Below, piece after piece: positions 59,468 through 64,000 of a DNA stretch of 64,000 nt. Positions within the stretch are counted from its first letter, which is position 1. Every line of letters starts with the position of its first letter. This stretch comes from Ignavibacteria bacterium. GTDB lineage: Bacteria; Bacteroidota; Ignavibacteria; Kapaibacteriales; UBA4661. Below the pieces are notes generated by a model. It was not told the DNA's origin. It searched no databases and saw only the letters and a list, made by a program, of their open reading frames with translations. The DNA lies in assembly GCA_014654705.1 (NCBI GenBank), contig JACVZY010000025.1:4640-68639 (forward strand), in the 5' to 3' direction. A program made the position numbers and the translations under genes.

Positions 59468-60667
59468 TTAGTCACGTGCTTGATTGTGAATGATTGTCTC
59501 GAAAAGTTCGTGAATATGCGCAAATGCGTTACTATGCACTCTGGAGCGGACGTGCGCTGCATAATCTGTTATGGGGCGAAGGGCATAAAATTTCCGCACT
59601 GCTTCAGCAAGCGCTTCTGAAGACTCCGGTTGCACGACAAAGCCCGTCTTACCCTCGTCCACTGATTCTGCAAGTCCACCGACATTAGTAATGATGACCG
59701 GACGCTCAAAACCATATGCAATACCCAAAATCCCACTCTGCGTGGCGCTTCGGTAAGGCAGCATCACAACATCACACGCGGCATAAAACTTGGCGACTTC
59801 TTCATTGGGGATGAAGCGGTTTATCATCCTGACGTGCGACTCCAAAGCATTGTCGCGGATGAGGTCGTGATACGGCTTCGGGTCGTCGTAGAACTCCCCC
59901 GCAATAAGCAATTTTACACGAGGGTTGTCTTTTACCATCGTCGGCATGGCTCGTAAGAGAATATCCAGCCCCTTGTATTTGCGGACATAGCCGAAGAAAA
60001 GCAATACTTCATCCTCCGGTGAAAAACCGAAATCTTTTTTTGCGGCTTCTTTGCTCATCTGAAGCGCTGTTTGGGCATAAAAATCACCAAAGACAGGAAG
60101 CTCCGAACGATACACGGGCTTATCCCCGGCAAAGGGCTTCACATCGTCTGCGACTTGGCTGGAAAGCGTTAGAAATGATGAAGCATTAACCAAGCCTAGT
60201 TTTGTGAGTACGGTATCAATCGCACGCGCTTCATGGGAAATCACGTTTTCGGTAATAAAAAGAATCTTGCGGCGAAGCTCTTTCCCCAAAAGGCTGGAAA
60301 CCGCATAATGACTTGGTCCAAAGAATGGATTCCACCAATCGAAAACGACTAAATCCGGCTTCAGTTCACGCACCCGACGAGCCACACGCAGCCACGAAAG
60401 CGGGTTAACCGAACTCAGCAAGCGCTCCGACGGTACTTGCTTCGTCATTGCTTGGCTTTGGTCGTACTGAGTGGTTCCGGGAAAAAGCAGCGACGGATAG
60501 AGCAGCGTATAGTTAATGAAGTGAATGCGAAAATGCGGTTCCAGCGCCTCGTAGAGATGCGACATAAAAAGCGCATTCCCACCGCGATACGGGTAGGCAG
60601 GACCGATAAGAACGATGTTTTTTTGCGATGTCTGGGGCATCATTAACCTTTGTACACCTTGTGTCAA
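59468..60667 (-). CDS. family 4 glycosyltransferase (GT4)
   Basis: 399 aa with the ..FVVQPESSEALAEAV.. GT4 C-terminal motif. It is convergent with the S8 protease gene. Confidence 0.8.
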   Translation of the reverse strand: MTQGVQRLMMPQTSQKNIVLIGPAYPYRGGNALFMSHLYEALEPHFRIHFINYTLLYPSLLFPGTTQYDQSQAMTKQVPSERLLSSVNPLSWLRVARRVRELKPDLVVFDWWNPFFGPSHYAVSSLLGKELRRKILFITENVISHEARAIDTVLTKLGLVNASSFLTLSSQVADDVKPFAGDKPVYRSELPVFGDFYAQTALQMSKEAAKKDFGFSPEDEVLLFFGYVRKYKGLDILLRAMPTMVKDNPRVKLLIAGEFYDDPKPYHDLIRDNALESHVRMINRFIPNEEVAKFYAACDVVMLPYRSATQSGILGIAYGFERPVIITNVGGLAESVDEGKTGFVVQPESSEALAEAVRKFYALRPITDYAAHVRSRVHSNAFAHIHELFETIIHNQARD

Positions 60668-60881
60668 TGCCCCTCAAGCGTCTTTTCCGTCCGAAAAAAA
60701 TCCTTCGGGGCTTTGACAATTGAGAGATGCTGGATTGAAACGAAGTTTCAAGAACAGTCAATTTACCATAAATTTCGCCAAGTTCAAAAGGCTCGCCGAC
60801 CCTTATCCTGAAGATGCTGAGTGATGTTCTTGGCATCGTGGACTGCGAGTATTACTCGGTCGTCAGGTACAAGTGTGGTGT

Positions 60882-61916
60882 TCAAACATTCTCCAACTCC
60901 ACCATACCCATTTTCTTATACGCCTTGCGGAGCGTCCGCGTGGCGCGGCGGTTTGCTTCTTCCGCACCTTTTTTCAAAATGGCGTTTAGAGCGGCTTTGT
61001 CGTTGCGAATTTCCTGATAGCGCTTGCTGATTGGCTCCACCATTGCCACCATCGCGTCAGCAAGTGCCGACTTGAACTCCGCATAGCCTTTACTCTCGAA
61101 TTGTGCTTCGGTTTCTGCTTGCGTATATCCCGTTGCTATGCCGTAGAGTTCAATCAAATTTGTTACTGCCGGACGGTCTTCGGCAGCGCGTATATCCGTG
61201 CCGGAATCAGTAACGGCGCGTTTGATTTTGTTGCGAATTTCATCGGCTGAGTCGGTCAGAAAAATCGTTGCTTTCGGGTTTTCATCGGATTTCGACATTT
61301 TTTTCGTCGGGTCTTGCAGGCTCATTACCCGTGCGCCGACCTTCGGAATAAAGACTTCCGGCACGGTGAAGGTATCGGAATAATAATGATTGAAGCGCTC
61401 GGCAAGATTCCGAGAAAGCTCCAAATGCTGCTTCTGGTCTGCACCGACGGGAACAAGATTGGTCTGGTAAAGCAAAATATCGGCAGCTTGCAACACGGGA
61501 TAGGTGAACAACCCCACGCTGGCGCTGTGCTTTTCAGATTTTTCCTTGAACTGCGTCATTTTCTGGCACTCGCCCATCGAAGCAAAACAATTCAGTAACC
61601 ATGCGCATTGCGCGTGTGCTGGCACGTGGGATTGCGCAAAAATTACGCTTTTATCGGGGTCAATGCCGCTTGCAATGTACATTGCTGCCACGTCGAGCGT
61701 TTGCTTGCGCAGTGCTGCCGGTTCAGGACGGATTGTCAAAGCGTGTAAATCTGCAATAAAGTAAATGCAGTCGTAATCATTTTGCAACTCTACCCAGTTT
61801 TTGAGTGCGCCGATGTAGTTACCAATGGTCAAGCCACCCGCTCCGCTTGTGGGCTGCATTCCACTAAAAATAATGGGGCGTTTTGTGGGTTGTTCTTTTT
61901 GTGCTTGTGTGCTCAT
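60882..61916 (-). CDS. trpS: tryptophan--tRNA ligase
   Basis: The start is the internal ATG MSTQAQ. The GMQPTSG..TIGNY (HIGH-like) and KMSKS motifs are present. Confidence 0.93.
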   Translation of the reverse strand: MSTQAQKEQPTKRPIIFSGMQPTSGAGGLTIGNYIGALKNWVELQNDYDCIYFIADLHALTIRPEPAALRKQTLDVAAMYIASGIDPDKSVIFAQSHVPAHAQCAWLLNCFASMGECQKMTQFKEKSEKHSASVGLFTYPVLQAADILLYQTNLVPVGADQKQHLELSRNLAERFNHYYSDTFTVPEVFIPKVGARVMSLQDPTKKMSKSDENPKATIFLTDSADEIRNKIKRAVTDSGTDIRAAEDRPAVTNLIELYGIATGYTQAETEAQFESKGYAEFKSALADAMVAMVEPISKRYQEIRNDKAALNAILKKGAEEANRRATRTLRKAYKKMGMVELENV

Positions 61917-61950
61917 GGTTCGTCTTTGAAAAAATAAAATACTTCGTTGA

Positions 61951-63126
61951 TCAATCTTTATACGGGTCAACTTCGTCTTCGCCCGCCATTGCTACGCCGA
62001 GCGGGGTAAGCGTGTGCAGCACCCGCACCGTGCCAGCATGGTGCGCTAACACGTCCGGCAAACGCTTGTAGCAGTGCGGTGATTCGTCCACTCCCGCGCC
62101 GCGCAGTTCCACACCTTTGCCCGACACCCAATTATCCATCATTTCACGACTGATGAGTCCGGGTGAAACAACTTTTTTGGTGTGATAATTGAGTTTGCCG
62201 CGAGCTTTCGTACGGCTCATCACGCGCCCTGCGCCGTGAATGGTGGAATAGAGCGCCGTTTGGGATTCCGATGACTCCACTCCTTCCAAAATAACCGAAA
62301 TGTCGCCCATCGAACCACCCACAAAACCACGCTGTCCAGGAAAAGCAGGCGTAGCGCCCTTGCGCACCACCCAATATTCTTCGCCGCCGTGCTCTTCTTT
62401 CCACGCAAAATTATGATGATTGTGAACTTCGTCCAAAATGTTCGCACCCAGCAAACGTGAGACTTCGGCACAAACCCAATCACGTCCGGCGTAGGCATAG
62501 CGCCCCGCAAGCCTCATAGATTCGAGATAATCTGCTCCTAAAGCAGAAGACTCCTCAATAACAAGCGGCTCAGCATCAATAGAATCTTTTGCACCACCTT
62601 GCTTTAGATAGTACGTTGCAATCGTGTGCCCAAGCCCGCGGGAGCCAAAATGTACGCCAATCCAAACGCGGTCTTGTTCATCGGTGAAAATGTCCACGTA
62701 GTGATTACCGCTTCCGACCGTCCCAAGCTGGTTGCGTGCTTTGTCCTTGATAGCACTGGCTGGACGCAGCTTCCAAGCGTCGTCATCGAAGAGTTCGTGG
62801 TCAACCTTTGTGGCGTTTTTGCGTCCCATGCCGAAACTAACGGCTTTCCAAAGGTCATCCATAATGGTTTTGATATTACGGCGCACATCGTTCGGGTCGG
62901 CATCGGTGAGCACTGCCTTATTGCCACACGCAATATCATACCCCACGCCCGAAGGACTGATGCGCCCCTTGTACGCTACCACGCCACCAATCGGCACAGC
63001 ATAGCCCTGATGATGGTCGCCCATCAGCGCCGTTTTATCGGCTGTCTGAGCGCATAAGCGAATTTGCTTCAGTGCGCCTTCGTCTATCGGATCGCCCCAG
63101 ATGGGGATGTTGTCTATGAGTTGCAT
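61951..63126 (-). CDS. rtcB: RtcB-family RNA 3'-phosphate ligase
   Basis: RtcB-like sequence, including ..HHQGYAVPIGGV..GYDIACGN.. and His-rich metal-binding motifs. The start is either ATG 63126 or 63165. Confidence 0.85.
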   Translation of the reverse strand: MQLIDNIPIWGDPIDEGALKQIRLCAQTADKTALMGDHHQGYAVPIGGVVAYKGRISPSGVGYDIACGNKAVLTDADPNDVRRNIKTIMDDLWKAVSFGMGRKNATKVDHELFDDDAWKLRPASAIKDKARNQLGTVGSGNHYVDIFTDEQDRVWIGVHFGSRGLGHTIATYYLKQGGAKDSIDAEPLVIEESSALGADYLESMRLAGRYAYAGRDWVCAEVSRLLGANILDEVHNHHNFAWKEEHGGEEYWVVRKGATPAFPGQRGFVGGSMGDISVILEGVESSESQTALYSTIHGAGRVMSRTKARGKLNYHTKKVVSPGLISREMMDNWVSGKGVELRGAGVDESPHCYKRLPDVLAHHAGTVRVLHTLTPLGVAMAGEDEVDPYKD

Positions 63127-63165
63127 TATTTGCAGGGTGCTATTTTGGCGATTGTGAAGGAACAA

Positions 63166-63570
63166 TCATCGTGCTTTTAGGGTGTATTTTACCCCTTCGC
63201 TTGCAGAAGAAAATCTGAAACTCATCTCTGTTAATTCATCAATATTGAGAATACCTACATTTGTACCGATAGTGTGAGTAAGTTGCTTATTCTCCAATTT
63301 CCATGTTCCTGAATTGGAATACGTCGCTAATGAACCTTTGAGTACAAAAGTATTAGTATATGAGCCATCACGCTTGTAAATATACGTGTTCGATTCAAGA
63401 GTGAGACCAATACTTTCTGAACCATTGGAGCTAATAATACTCGTCGTATTCCACGTTTTAGAAGCCGTACCAGCCAAAAGCTCTTCGGACGATTTAACAG
63501 GTGTTGCAGGATTGGTGCAAGCAGAGACAAAAACATAAGCAAGAAAACCCAACATTGCAAGAAAACGCAT
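63166..63570 (-). CDS. small hypothetical lipoprotein
   Basis: Starting at the internal ATG gives MRFLAMLGFLAYVFVSACTNP, a lipoprotein signal. Its stop abuts the rtcB start. Confidence 0.5.
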   Translation of the reverse strand: MRFLAMLGFLAYVFVSACTNPATPVKSSEELLAGTASKTWNTTSIISSNGSESIGLTLESNTYIYKRDGSYTNTFVLKGSLATYSNSGTWKLENKQLTHTIGTNVGILNIDELTEMSFRFSSASEGVKYTLKAR

Positions 63571-63892
63571 ATAGAATACTCCAAAAAAATTCTGGTAAAA
63601 ACGACGGGCACGTAATTCTGTTTCCCGTCTTATTTCTACCGCCAATATCGCTGTTTTAGAGGGTAATTTCAAGCAGTTTTTGACCATCAATGCTTCAACT
63701 CCCGTATCTCCTCTGCAAGAGCTTTGGGGAGCATCTGCAAGAAAGGGAGATTGCGCGAAGTCCAGTTCGTTGTGCGTTTCGCCAAGTGCTTGCAAATTTG
63801 CGTAATATTCCGAACGGTGCTGTCCGCTAGGAACATCAACGTTTAGTTTCAAACAGATTCAAGAAAAACGACGTTCAAAAACCCACCATTTC

Positions 63893-64000
63893 TCAAAACT
63901 CCTCTTCGTCCTTGCCCGGCTTCATTGAAAACATACTTTGGAAGAGGTCTTTGAAGCCCGTGCCGCCGCGCTCCAGCTGGTACTTGCTCAGAAGCGAGTA
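63893..64000 (-). CDS. 3' end of an unidentified CDS (C-terminus ...FKDLFQSMFSMKPGKDEEEF*)
   Basis: An open minus-strand frame runs in from the window edge to a TGA at 63893-63895. Confidence 0.3.
   Translation of the reverse strand, partial: YSLLSKYQLERGGTGFKDLFQSMFSMKPGKDEEEF

Noticed and set aside
63600-63645. Hairpin (gacggg...cccgtc) with a downstream T-run on the minus strand, about 30 nt upstream of the lipoprotein start.
   Set aside because: The stem is only 6 bp and the loop is 15 nt. Its position would leave no room for a promoter, and the evidence is too weak to call it a terminator or an attenuator.
1-64000. tRNA, rRNA and tmRNA genes.
   Set aside because: I scanned intergenic regions for T-loop-like GGTTCGAATCC or GGTTCAAATCC motifs and for cloverleaf-sized gaps, especially around tuf and rpsJ, and found none. 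A computational scan with tRNAscan-SE or Infernal would be decisive.

Overview
This 64 kb window appears to be a chromosomal segment from a bacterium with a type IX secretion system (T9SS), as in Bacteroidota, Chlorobi, Ignavibacteria and related groups. GC content is moderate. Its core is a continuous minus-strand ribosomal-protein supercluster in which the str, S10, spc and alpha operons are fused. It runs from rpsL (54306) through rpsG, fusA, tuf, rpsJ and on to rpoA and rplQ (34075). rpsD and adk are both absent from their usual positions. Left of this block lie housekeeping and transport genes. These include a CzcB/CzcA-type RND heavy-metal efflux pair, a YitT-family protein, NhaA, fumC, gpmA and pgi. 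The left arm also contains a two-component pair (sensor histidine kinase plus OmpR-type response regulator), a GT2 glycosyltransferase, LolA, and LysM and LRR surface proteins. A methylmalonyl-CoA epimerase and a truncated GlmU-like nucleotidyltransferase complete the left arm. Directly after the rplQ terminator sits a small island of T9SS cargo. It holds an S8 subtilase and two tandem mosaic paralogs with a fibronectin-III-like N-terminus, a divergent core and a near-identical T9SS C-terminal domain (CTD). Each paralog carries its own copy of a duplicated terminator/leader block. Beyond rpsL (54306), at higher coordinates, lie a second secreted TldD/PmbA-like protein whose HExxxH metalloprotease motif is missing, a 998-aa S8 T9SS protease, a GT4 glycosyltransferase, trpS, rtcB and a lipoprotein. 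The most unusual points are (i) the mosaic tandem T9SS cargo pair, (ii) a split TldD/TldE-like secreted protease and pseudoprotease pair whose inactive member sits beside the giant subtilase, and (iii) the histidine kinase, whose roughly 570-aa Ser/Pro/Gln-rich low-complexity region lies between two transmembrane (TM) helices. I found no CRISPR array, tRNA, rRNA or transposase. All calls come from reading the sequence and the ORF translations; no database searches were run.
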